64,000 nt of DNA from NCBI GenBank assembly GCA_030704615.1, contig CM060733.1, positions 67,828,001 to 67,892,000 of the forward strand, in the 5' to 3' direction. The notes below the pieces were generated by a model that saw only the letters and a list, made by a program, of their open reading frames with translations, did not search any database and was not told the origin of the DNA. This DNA is from Takakia lepidozioides (taxonomy: Eukaryota; Plantae; Bryophyta). A program made the position numbers and the translations under genes. Shown here piece after piece: positions 53,235 through 64,000 of the stretch (position 1 is its first letter; each line of letters opens with the position of its first letter).

Positions 53235-54433
53235 CGGCGTGAGCCTTGCGCGTGGGTGTACGCTCACGCAAGAGTGACGTGGCGTGAGCGTGCACTAACG
53301 CTGACGTGGCGTGAGCGTGCTGTCAGCAGGTTGACATGGCGACAAATGCTAACGTGGCGTTGCGTCGTCATCTGCCATATCACCATAAACATGCGGCGCC
53401 TATATCCGATGATGGTCCTATGATCGTGGGATTAATCCAGGCAATCGTTGGCTGAATACAATGAAGACTACCATCAAACACCCGAAATGGGAAATAAGCT
53501 ACAACTGTGGCATCCATTCCACGACATTGTGCAATTAGAATTGTAAGTTTCACTATTACAATTACAATGACAACCAAATAACCTCACAACGTGAGTGCCG
53601 TACAGGCTGCCACGGGAAGACCGTGGGAAACCATCTTGCCATCCAAAGGTGCCATGATGCATGAGTTCTAAGAACTTGCCACACAGAGCACACGCCAAAT
53701 GCCAAAATAGAACAGAAGTGATGATCATCGACGATCATCACGACCTCTACCAAAATGCCAAACCAGAGCAATTTTTTTTTTTGGAACAATAAGGAAAAAA
53801 AATGATGATCGGCACCGATCGTCACTTCTCTCTGTTTTTTTTTTCTTGTATTTTTCCCAAAAAGAAATTCATAAAAGTATTTTGACTTGTTGCGACTGTT
53901 CATTTGTCCCAAGTACGAACGGAATGACTAATTACAAAACACATATGAACTCACGGGTGACATGGCCCCACAAGATATTGAAAGACAGGAAATCCAACAA
54001 AGTTCGAAATTGCTTTCAGGGAAAAAACTACATCAATACATCGCAGTGTTCGCACTCATTCCCCTTACATTCTTCCATTCTACATTCATCCATCCTGCAT
54101 TCATGAATCCTTCGCATTGTTTGCACTCATCCATGTTATATTCCTCCATACTACATTCATCCATCCTGCATTCATCCATCCTACATTCATCCAATCGATC
54201 GGTTGGATGTTAAAGATATAGTCTGCAATGACTGGAAAGGGTAAATCATTCCGCGGAAATAGGCACCTACCTTCTGTCCGCGGTTATAGGTCCGTGCCTT
54301 TGGAAATGACGCGGCGTCAACCACGCTGGCGAGGACTGCTGACGTGCCGTGACACACGTGAACCAACGTGGCGACAACTGCTGACGTGGCGTGAACCTGA
54401 CTGCGCTGCGCTCACGCGGCCAGGCTCACGCGG
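53235..54433. mobile_element. 1.2-kb non-autonomous derivative of the ParB-MTase/MULE family
   Basis: Inverted ends cggcgtgagcct / aggctcacgcgg with repeated (c)tgacgtggcg. Right end is homologous to 28710-28855. Carries A-type palindromes at 53718 and 53802 and an internal 15-bp tandem (ctRcattcatccatc) at 54065-54193. Confidence 0.7.
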
Positions 54434-55100
54434 AGGCATTCCCCATTGTTTGATGTGTTTCCAATTGATGTCTTTGTCCAGTGAGGCAGTGGACGGGGCC
54501 ACGGATATACCTCCAGCTACTCGGGGGTAAGTTGTTCCAAATGCAGTGGTCTGGGGAGGAGCTGTAGCATAAGATGCCTTCCCTTATGTCGATGTAAAGA
54601 CAACATGGAGCTGACTTGCCTGTCGTGGAGCTCTTTCGATATCTGCACAAAGTTTTTTCCAAGCTTTTCTAGCTTCAATTTGGAGGTCCTGATAAATGAA
54701 GGTGAGGAGAGAAGAGGTCACACATGTTTTTGCAGAGTAAGTTCTATTACATTGTGCTTTCCATATGTGCCATAGGGTAGAACTTCTGAGAGTGTCAAAG
54801 ACCGGATAAGTGAGAGCATTTTTTTTAAAAGTTTGGTCATGATTAAATAATATATTTATAGGAGAGAGGTTGATATGGTCCCAAGCCCGATAGAAGGACG
54901 TACCAGTGGCCATGGCAAGGAGGGTGCATGGCAATGGAGCAAACAATGTTCCAAGGTTTTTATAACAGTTGCTGAGCAGCATCTGCAGAGGAGGGCCTCG
55001 TTGAACCCCAACCATTCTCCTACTTTCAATACTCTGTTTGCTATCTGCCACAGGAAGGCTGGAGAGCTCCTATTCTGTCCGTTAACAATGCATTTCCATT
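54434..55100 (-). mobile_element. L1/Tx1-type LINE 3' fragment (zf-RVT region)
   Basis: Across frames: C...TLEHCLLHC...W zinc knuckle and TLWHIWKAQCNRTY motif. Confidence 0.65.
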
Positions 55101-56099
55101 AGTGACGAAGGTCAATGAAGGTCAACATGACCATTTGAAGCTGCCCAACAAACCTACCCAAGAAAAAACACATTTTACAGTGTGAAACCTATGTTGAACG
55201 AAGGTGGCTGCTTCTCTCCTGATATAAGGACCTATTACGTTTATGGAATGTAATCTTGCATTCAAGGAATTCAAGCCTCGCTGGTGTCACACACTTTGGT
55301 TTTGGTTGGGTGTGGCTTGTCTGTAAGTGCATTATTGTGATCTTACATGACATTCAGTTACTTGTTTCTCAGTTATGCTTGTATGCTCCTAGCCCTTCAC
55401 ACTTAGATGGAGAAATAGGTCTAGCCTCAACCCCAAAGAATCTGCTTTCACGAAATATCCAATGTTTAGAAACTGTATCTAAAATGACAGGAAAGGTTGA
55501 AATAAGAGTATATTATTAATATCCTTGTTCTTCTTTGTGATATCAATGCAGTGAAGAAGGATGCAAAGCTGGCGATCCTTAAGACCACCAATGCACTCAG
55601 TCCAATCCTATGGGGCTACATTGTACGCCTTCAGTCTCTCCTTTCTGTTTTGAGGAGTGCACGCACTCCTCTGGCCCACTCACCAGTGAGAAAGGACTCT
55701 TGGTCCCTCTCTTTTCTGCTATCCCGGTGGGTGGGAGCTACCCCTGGTGGTTGCAATCCCACAAAAAGGCTCCGGGAGGGTTAGTTTCCCGCAGGGTCAA
55801 TGGCCATAAGGCTATGGCAAGCCAACGTTCGGAGGGAACATGTGCAATACTATTTCTACTGACTCCGAATAGCAAAACAGATGCTAGTATGGCCCTCCTA
55901 TGGCATTGCATGTCACACAATCCCCTGCACACTGCCACTGATCATCTCATTGCGGATGTGAATGAGACTTCACATCCCCAGGAGATCGCCCAGCACGGGT
56001 ACGATGCAGCAAACAGGGTAGCAGCAAAACGCAGACGCCATAACGCTCTCCCCGCGAGCTCAGAAGCACTGCTCGTGCTTTTGACGGCGGGAGAGACAT

Positions 56100-56760
56100 C
56101 CTAGGGCACTTGCCCGATTTTTCATCCGTGCAGGATGAACAATCAACACCACATCCTTTAAAACCCGACAGATTTCATCCGTAGCTAGGTTAGACGGTAG
56201 GTTTTAGGGTAGGGGTTAGGGTTTCACACCTTAATTAACCATAACTAGGGGTAATTAATATCAGTCCAGGGCCATCAAAAGCTGTACACTTCATCCGGTT
56301 CAAATGAAAAAAATCATTGAGTTCATCCGTTGGAAAAAGTCCATCAGTAGGATGAAAAAACAGGAAATAACAGCCAAAGCATCGGTTTTACATCCTTACA
56401 GGTAATTTATCATCCCAAAAATGCCTCATCCGGTACGGATGAGAAAGCAATAAAAGCGGAATGAAAAAATTAATATCCTGGCATTTTTCATCCGATATGG
56501 ATGGAAAAATAGGATGCCAGTGGCAACCCCCACAGAGGTAATTCCTCATTCTCTGGTGACTCATCCGGTATGGATGAAAGTCAATAAAAGAGGAATGAAA
56601 AATCCGAGACTCAACTTAGAGATAATTCAGTGTCCACCCTGGTAGTTCATCCGGTATGGATGAAAAATTGTTATAGGGCGGGTGAAAAAACTGCCAGAGT
56701 CCATCCGGTATGGATGAAAAAACAAGAAATGAACACTGATAAAACCGGCCAATTCCAAGG
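56100..56760. mobile_element. MITE-like element with about 7 internal TCATCCGGTAYGGATGA palindromes
   Basis: Imperfect TIRs cctagggcacttgcccgatttt / aaaaccggccaattccaagg. Palindromes at about 56121, 56291, 56426, 56488, 56561, 56647 and 56700. Confidence 0.55.
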
Positions 56761-56982
56761 AGGGAGGGAGACAGAGGGAGAGAGGGGGCACCCACCAACC
56801 AGCCCCTGGTATGGCAGTCCCTTATGGAGTGAGTGTGGTATGCACTCACCCACACTCACCCCGTAAGGGAGTGCATACCAAACCCCTTCATAAGGTTTCT
56901 CCCTCTGCAAAAAATAGTTCCCAACCTCGGGACAAAATTGCCAAAGGGGTTGGAAAAGCCTACTTCCTCCCTCAAACACATT

Positions 56983-59043
56983 TCAGGCACTTGAACAAAA
57001 GAGGACAGTACCTCTTAGCTTGGTAATTAGCTCGTGTAGCGGGAAGTGGAGACCAGGAAAAGAGCCATGTTCCAGGAACTTCATCAGGATTCGAACCAGC
57101 TTCTTGGTCTTGAAGCCATTCCTCCCAAGGTTTTGGATAAGAACACAACATTCACTCCAGGCAAAGTCAGTGTTGCTGGAAATATACAGAATAGGGAAAG
57201 CTTGGGAGACCACCACATTGTAAGACTGATTTACAGGTCGGTTAGAAAGGAACTGGATATATTGTGTGTAAGAAAATGGCAGCATCCTTCTCTTATCATA
57301 TTTCCGGAACTGAAACAAGCCAGTATCAGGATTCAATACACTGATCTGCACATTCATAAAGCAAGCTTCCAGGCCAGTGTAAGGTGTATCATCCTTGGTT
57401 CTTAATAACTCCGGTTTAATTTCCACTACATTGAGTGGGTAAACCCACCATGGGTTTTGGCTATTTCTGTCCGTAGAAGGATCAAGAAATAGCTTAGCAT
57501 CACCAACATTCAACCAACAGATCTGATTATGTCACCAGAATGCGTCTGTGACAGCACAAACAGGTTTAGTGCGTTTGGTGATGAGTCTACTAAAACAGAG
57601 TTCCATCTACCTGGCTCTGTTCCCAAACAGCACGTACATACCATGGATCTAAACATCATCAGACATGACAGATTAAAAACAGTGTTCAGCCTAGGTATGA
57701 ATCACATTCCTCTCAAACGCACCTTGTTGAAGGATGTGGTTGAACAAGTCCACTCTGTTTTTTTCAAGACATGTAACATTCTACAAGTAGATACTTGTGA
57801 GGATTGGGTGTCATCTTGCAGCTTGTGGTTGAAAAACACATGCTGGGATAGACTGAAACAAAAAGCCAGCAGACGCAATGGCCGTTTCAATCACCGTGAA
57901 ATAAATCCTTTTATAGTGCAAGAAGCACGGGATGAACCTGCATGGCTTCTTTCTCACCTTTACATGTCCGGACTTGACAAGGCTAACAACAATGAGTGTT
58001 TTATGTGTGTGAAGCACATAAGAACTCAAGCGTACCACCGACTGATGGGTAAAGATTTCAAACCTTGTTCTGAAAATGAGGTATGGCTTTCACCCGATTC
58101 TGTCTTGTTAAGCATTTCTGAAGAATTACAGAACTTGCTACCTGAAATACCAGCAGTGGCATGTAACCTCTCCTACATGATGGGAATTTACAAGCTACAC
58201 AAAAAGAAGTACCGCTGGACTACCAACGCCCATAATTGTATTTTCAGCGAACTTGCCAGTCTATTGACACGTGCCACCATGGACTTATTGCCTTGGGGTA
58301 AAGGAATGGGTCAAAGCACGGCTTGATACTTATGAGAATTTTTTCAAAGTGTCCACTTCCATGTATTGGATAATAGACATCATCTCTGATTTTACTCTGA
58401 ATCTACGTGCAAAGATTCATGATGTGTTTGTCGCTGACATCACTCAATGTTACGAAAACATACATTTGACAGGTGAAGATAATTTGGGTGCCGCCATCGA
58501 ATACGTGGTTCAGATTGCCTTCCAGCAATAACACATTGTCCACCCTCGATCCAATCACTTACTATGGATTCCAGCCAGGAATGACACCTTCGGGAAGTGT
58601 AGATGGGGACCTTCCTCTCCTACAACTGGTACGCTCTCCGAAGCTAGATTGCTTGGGCTCCACAAGTGGTTGATGACTCATTGCTTTGTTTGTTTTGGGG
58701 GATTGAGTTTGGCAACAAGTTTCTGGTGTACCCATGGGTTTTTCATGTTCTCCTTTATGGTGTAACATTTACTTCTTGTCCTATGAACTAAGATTCATCC
58801 TCCGATTGGCGGCTCTAGGACGGTTCCAGCTTATGGCTAAATTCAAGTCAGCCTTCCGGTACATTGATGACATCTGTTGGTTGAATGTTGGTGATGCTAA
58901 GCTATTTCTTGATCCTTCTACGGACAGAAATAGCCAAAACCCATGGTGGGTTTACCCACTCAATGTAGTGGAAATTAAACCGGAGTTATTAAGAACCAAG
59001 GATGATACCCCTTACACTGGCCTGGAAGCTTGCTTTATGAATG
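56983..59043 (+). mobile_element. Penelope-like retroelement (Naiad/Chlamys-like RT) with an inverted 3' segment
   Basis: Plus strand 57529-59043: ECVC...H, DKANN, DITQCYENI, QVSGVPMGFSCSP, FRYIDD. Minus strand 56983-57522 encodes the RT C-terminus (YDKRRMLPF). 57351-57522 is the reverse complement of 58872-59043. Confidence 0.85.
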
Positions 59044-59189
59044 GCTCACCGCTCATGCGGCTCATGGCTCATGGCTCATGGTTTCTGCTCATGAAATAGT
59101 AAACCTCTTTTCTGGTCTTGGTGGTGTGAGAGGTCCAGATGACTCTCCTATATCTATTCCCTTCTGCCAAAGATACGGATAATTAGCTT

Positions 59190-59195
<6 letters not shown>

Positions 59196-59224
<29 letters not shown>
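59196..59224. repeat. (GA)n microsatellite; another at 61813-61833
   Basis: Direct reading of the sequence. Confidence 0.95.
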
Positions 59225-59227
<3 letters not shown>

Positions 59228-59479
59228 CTCCGGCCGCAGCCAGCGTAACTAAGAGCCACTTCGCTTTCCGGCTACTGCCCCCTTTCGGAGGTGGGCCCTG
59301 TAACGATGTCAGGTGTCCATGGGACACCGAGTAACCGGGGGTATGAGGTACCTTGGGTGCCTAGGGTACCTCTGGGTACCTAGGGGTACCTTGGGGTACT
59401 AAAGATGGGGTGGTTTCGAGTTTTTGTTTGTTAGTTATGATAGCTGTAAGGGAGCGGAGTGCAGTGAGGTGGAGGTCCT

Positions 59480-60344
59480 TAAAGCATGTATGAATGGAAG
59501 TGGTGGGGAGCTTAAAGTTATCTTGTAGTGTTGAAATGCTGTAATTGTGGATGCCACCTCTGGTGCCGGCGGAGATGACAGAGAGTGGGCCGGTAGCCCA
59601 TCCCTACCGGCGAATTTCTAGGATAAGCGGGGCGTACTTCTGACGTTTTTCAAGGATGGAGGTGTGTGGGAAGCGGTCATGGCAGTACGTAAATTCAATG
59701 AAGTGTATGGTGAATGATGGGGAGGGAATAGAGGGCGGGGGAGCATTTATGGGGAGTCCTTGGACTAACAGAATATCCGGGCAGAGTCTAGCAGGACATG
59801 TGCATGTAACGTGGGGATGACAGACACAAGGTAGTAGCCAGGTTGATACTGTATGATCTGGGGGTCTGCCTTGGTATGTGCCCGCATTGATGAGTGAAAA
59901 CCATCTGGTTTCCTTATGCCGTTGTAGTAGTTTGTGGATGTGCCATACGGCTTGGTTATGTCTGGCAATACGAAGGCCATGTATAACTGGGTGGGAACAT
60001 TTGCTAAGGATATGATGCCAAGTGTCACGTACCGCATGTATGTGGTAGCAGAGGGAACAGTGAGGGGATGGAAACTTGGTTGGCCAAAAGGTGTGCTTAC
60101 GTTGGTGCCCCATATATTGGGCATATCTAAATTTGAGCGTTTGTCGGATTTGTGCATCAGATGCGGCTTTAGTGTTCCAAAAGTGATTGGACAATTTGTG
60201 ATGAAGTGTTGCGGAGTTTTCCATTTTTTGATATATTGTTTGGTGTGACTGAGAGATGCGGTGGCTTGTTTGTTGGCTAGCTTTTAAATACTCCTCTCTC
60301 TTTGCTGCGTACCTGTGAATTCTTGCTCCCCTTTCATCACTCAT
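59480..60344 (-). mobile_element. Non-LTR retrotransposon 3' fragment with CCHC finger and restriction-like (PD-D/ExK) endonuclease
   Basis: CSLC...DTWHHILSKC...IARHNQAV...CPDIL...FIEFTYCHD...EKRQKYAPL. Confidence 0.8.
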
Positions 60345-62445
60345 GACCCATGTCTTTCATGTCTAGCATGAGGCATTACCCAAAACTCCCTCCTGTAGTA
60401 CCTCTCATATATGCCTGGATTTCTTTCAAGCTTCAGTGCATTCCTGGCTAAACTAGAAGTCTGGGTTACCATGTAACCATATGGAAGACAAGTCTGAAAG
60501 GCCGTTCTTGGCGTTGTAAGTAAAAATAGAGGGGCCTAATACCCATGTCACTTCACCCGTTAGATCACCACCTACCTTTATAGCTGCAGCAGAAGAGAAA
60601 GTCAAAAGATAGGGGTATACAAGACAACTACTTGCAAGACATCTACTGTGTTTTGTTCAAGAGAAACATCATCCTCGGTTGGATTCATTGGCCTTCAACT
60701 GACACTTTCCCAGTCCACTTCTCCATGGGGTGATTGCAGCCTACAGTGTCCATTTTTTGCTGTCACAACACTGTTTTTTCCAGACATAGAATAGTGGTAA
60801 ATTATCATACTCCTACATGACAATGCCATCAATAAAAAGGGACTAACATATAGAGGCTCATCTACATACTTTCACACTTTTAAATATCATTATCAAAAAT
60901 CAAAATCTAGATGCTATGGACTTTTAAAAAGTCCATAAAGAATTGTCACAGTCCATAAAAAAAAGACGTTATGGAGTTTTATAATATAGGAGTTAGAACA
61001 AAGTCAAGAAAAAGGACTCTCTCAAACTTGCTTTGGAGAATGAGGAATATGGAATGAAAACTATCATTCAAAAATATGAAGTTAAAAAAAAAAATGTACT
61101 ATTTTGAGCCTAAAAAATAGCTATTTTCATAAAGTCCTTTATGACTAAATTCTCTTGAAATAACAATTTTTTTTTTCATTAGAGGCTTTCATTAACCATA
61201 AATGCACAGTTGAGTATGATCAAATTTCAAAAAAACATTTGTGAATTGATATTATCGTAATTTAAAAATCTTGGTTTTAACAGTCAATAATAGACGGTCA
61301 AGATTGTAAGTTGAAGCAAATCCGATGGTTGAGGATTTGCCACATCCTCCTTTATGTACTCACGATCTGCCATTTTTGGTCCATTCTAGCTTGCAACCAC
61401 CCCATGCTCTACCTTCATTGTTCACAGTTCTTGCCACCAAGCTGCCCTTAGTCAGAGTTGCATGTAGATATGTGCCCCCCTGGAATCCAAAGATTTCTGG
61501 TCCAACTACTTTCCAGATATCACTTGCTATATCCTCTTTCTATCAAGTCGCTTGTCCACGATCTTCTATCTTGTGATGCAGTGAATAGATGCTAGACTCC
61601 ATCATTTTGTCCAAGCCTATGTTGACTCTAAGATAAGACTACTGATTGCTTGTTGTCATGACTACTTCTGCAGGAAAAGAACTCACTCAACTCAAACACT
61701 ACACTCTTCAAACATCACACCATTCACTTGATCAACCTTTGATAAAAACATAGCTTGCTGACACTTTTACTTGCATAACTCGAGCTTCCTTCTTGCCCAA
61801 GTGCATACCAAATAGAGAGAGAGAGAGAGAGAGTATGTCTTGCGTCTTTGCTTATATAGGTAAAGCAAGCTCCTTAAGATGGAGGTCGAGGTCGAGGTGG
61901 TACTGCTGGCGGAGGAGATGAAAGTGGAGGTGGTTGAGGATATAATGTCGGAGACTTTCATGTGAACGTGGCTGCATGGCTAACTATGGTATGAAATATA
62001 AGAGACAAAGATTTCTAGAATTCCAATGGCCGCCGGGTATTATCCCCCTCTGCGCCATATGACCATCTTTGACTCATAGTCCAAAAATACATACTAACGT
62101 ACGTGGACCCAGCCCCATCACTTCATTACTGACTGGTAATTTATCACTTAATAAATAGCCTGCTGTATTTTGTCTTCACTGCTACTCCCTCTTATCCATG
62201 CCAACTGTTTGATGAACTTCCTTCTTTTCTTTCCACCTGGTAATGAGAAATCGTCATTTCATCCCCATGTTCACTCCCCAACATCCTTCCATCCTCTCAT
62301 CCACCTGCAATGAAAAATCATTATTTCATCCCCATGTTCACTCCCCGACATCCTTCCATCCCGTCGTCCGAAAAACGTTATTTCATTCTGCCTGAATGAA
62401 AAATCGCGTTTTCATCTCCTATTCGTGATCAAGTACCCCAAAACC

Positions 62446-62828
62446 CTAGAATCTTTGTCTTGTTTTGCATGCCTTCCGTGTTTCCCTCATCACCTCCATT
62501 CGACCTACAGGTGTAAGTCCTCCATTTTTAAGCTGTCTGGCCCTCCGGACAACGCTCACTCCACTTGCAATAACTTCAAATCTCGTCGTGATCTGCTCCA
62601 TTGCTTCCCTCCACTGTCCTGTAACACACAAACTCGATCTGCCTCACTCCTCATTTCTTCCTGGTGTTTGTCTACATAAGCCTGAAACTTGTATGGTCCC
62701 TCCCAAGACGATTCTAAATTCCGCTTCTTCCCTAGTCGGATCATCATCACGAGCTCGCCAGGCTGCAATTCTGTAAGTCCCTTCCTTCATCTGTGTCGTT
62801 GCTTGTATGCTTTCTGTTGTGCTCCCTA
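62446..62828 (-). mobile_element. Gypsy integrase C-terminal fragment (family related to 28860-32250)
   Basis: QPGELVMMIRLGKKRNLESSWEGPYKF compared with PANSMVMMLRPGK...WEGPY at 32030-32105. Confidence 0.7.
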
Positions 62829-63160
62829 TGTCGCGGCCCTTTGCCTTGAGGGCAGGGGGGGGTCGGGACACATGAGGGGCTGCCCCTGTGGTGGGGGCAG
62901 CGGCAGCGATAGGTAAGGGGGGCTGAAGCACCCTTGAGTGCCCAAGGCACTCAGGGAAGCAGAGGCGCTCACTAGGTGGAGCCCCGCACACCGGGTTGCG
63001 GTGGGGGTGGCTCCACAAGGGTGGTGGTAGCTTAGTGGGACTTAGTGGGGGTGGCATAGGACCACATGGGGGCGGAGAATCTCGTGGTGGGAGCGTGGGG
63101 AGTCTGGGCTAGAAACCTCATCACGGTCCATAGGGGCCGTGGTGAGCGGCAGCGTAGCTA
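62829..63160 (+). repeat. LTR fragment related to 2369-2932
   Basis: Starts TGTCGCG. ggctccacaaggg..gtagcttag.gggacttagtgggggtggcatagga matches the reverse complement of 2855-2910. Confidence 0.6.
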
Positions 63161-64000
63161 CGGCGTGAGCCCAGCCCCGTGAGCCTGGGAGCTGAGCTCA
63201 CGTTCAAGCTTTGAAGCGTGAGCTGAGCTCACGCTTCAGGGAAGCGTGAGCGGCACGAATCTGCTGGAGAAGCAGGTCCTATAGGCGAGGATTGCAGGAA
63301 GAGGGCCTATTACCGTGGACAAAACAAAGGAGGCCACCATGCACCATGTCTGCAATGCGTGCCAAAAAAGAGGAATATGTAATATGGCAGATTTGAGCTC
63401 AGAATGATTGACACAGTTTATTTCAATTCACAGAGAGACGCTTACAATGAATCGCAAGTGCATTTGCCCTGGTTCCGTGAACGAAATGTATATGTTTGTC
63501 ATAAAATGAAAAGTCTTCACACGGCAACCTGGAAACCAGCATGGGAAGCGGGCATGGCTCGTATGTGTTCAAAGAGAAGTTGGCGGAGCTCTACGCGAGG
63601 TGTCCCGCTGCAGAAGGGTGATGACTTCTCCGTAGCCTAGTGTGGCTTGGTGAATGAATTGGTCTCTCTTACCGTCGCAACACATAATTACAAGGTATAT
63701 GTAATATTGATGCTTGCAGGGGACCCACTTCCCTCTCATGCCGAGAGCGCCCTCACGCATCGTTACAAAATCCGGACAAGTGCACGATGGGAAATTCCCG
63801 ATGGTAACTTGATATTCTTTGGCATGAAGAACTGAGCCAATTGACAGCACTGTGTAAATCCGTCCATACCCCGGGAAGGGACTTCGGTGATACGAGTCAC
63901 CCGAGCCTGCAAAATTCTAGCCGATTCCATCTTGCATTCGTGATCTGCACCCGAAGCAACACGGCGCACTGTTTTTCCATCTCTTTTTGTTGGGTGGGAG
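63161..64000 (-). mobile_element. 3' end of a MULE-type element: SWIM zinc-finger exon and family terminus
   Basis: ORF 63569-63850: YQVTIGNFPSCTCPDF...WVPCKHQYY (CxC...CxH SWIM). Terminus cggcgtgagccc at 63161 and cctattaccgtgg at 63306 match the family motifs. Confidence 0.75.

Noticed and set aside
56821-56895. Hammerhead ribozyme in the PLE tail
   Set aside because: A hairpin is present but the CUGANGA/GAAA core is not intact by eye.

Overview
Eukaryotic, transposon-dense DNA with spliceosomal introns and heavy C>T/G>A decay. It most likely comes from a non-seed land plant (bryophyte, lycophyte or fern type), inferred from PLS-class PPRs, chromoviruses, a Naiad/Chlamys-like Penelope element and a DNMT-bearing Gypsy. 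Only one intact host gene is visible: a 3-exon gamma-glutamyl hydrolase (36867-38735). The rest is nested Ty3/Gypsy, CACTA, LINE, Penelope and MITE debris plus a degenerate PPR/OSB-motif tandem. The standout is a family of Mutator-like (DDE + SWIM) DNA transposons, present as about five pieces. It carries an intron-containing gene with a ParB/Srx-like domain (VWDGNHRLLAW; 3 copies), fused in two copies to a beta-class N4/N6 DNA methyltransferase-like domain. The elements are decorated with 24-bp palindromes that share a CGGYRCCG core but have subfamily-specific arms. One set forms a CRISPR-looking array of about 25 palindromes at a near-exact 53-bp period (3810-5130). This looks like a transposon-encoded protein/cognate-site (parS-like or VANC-like) self-marking system. 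All calls come from reading the sequence by eye; no database searches were run.
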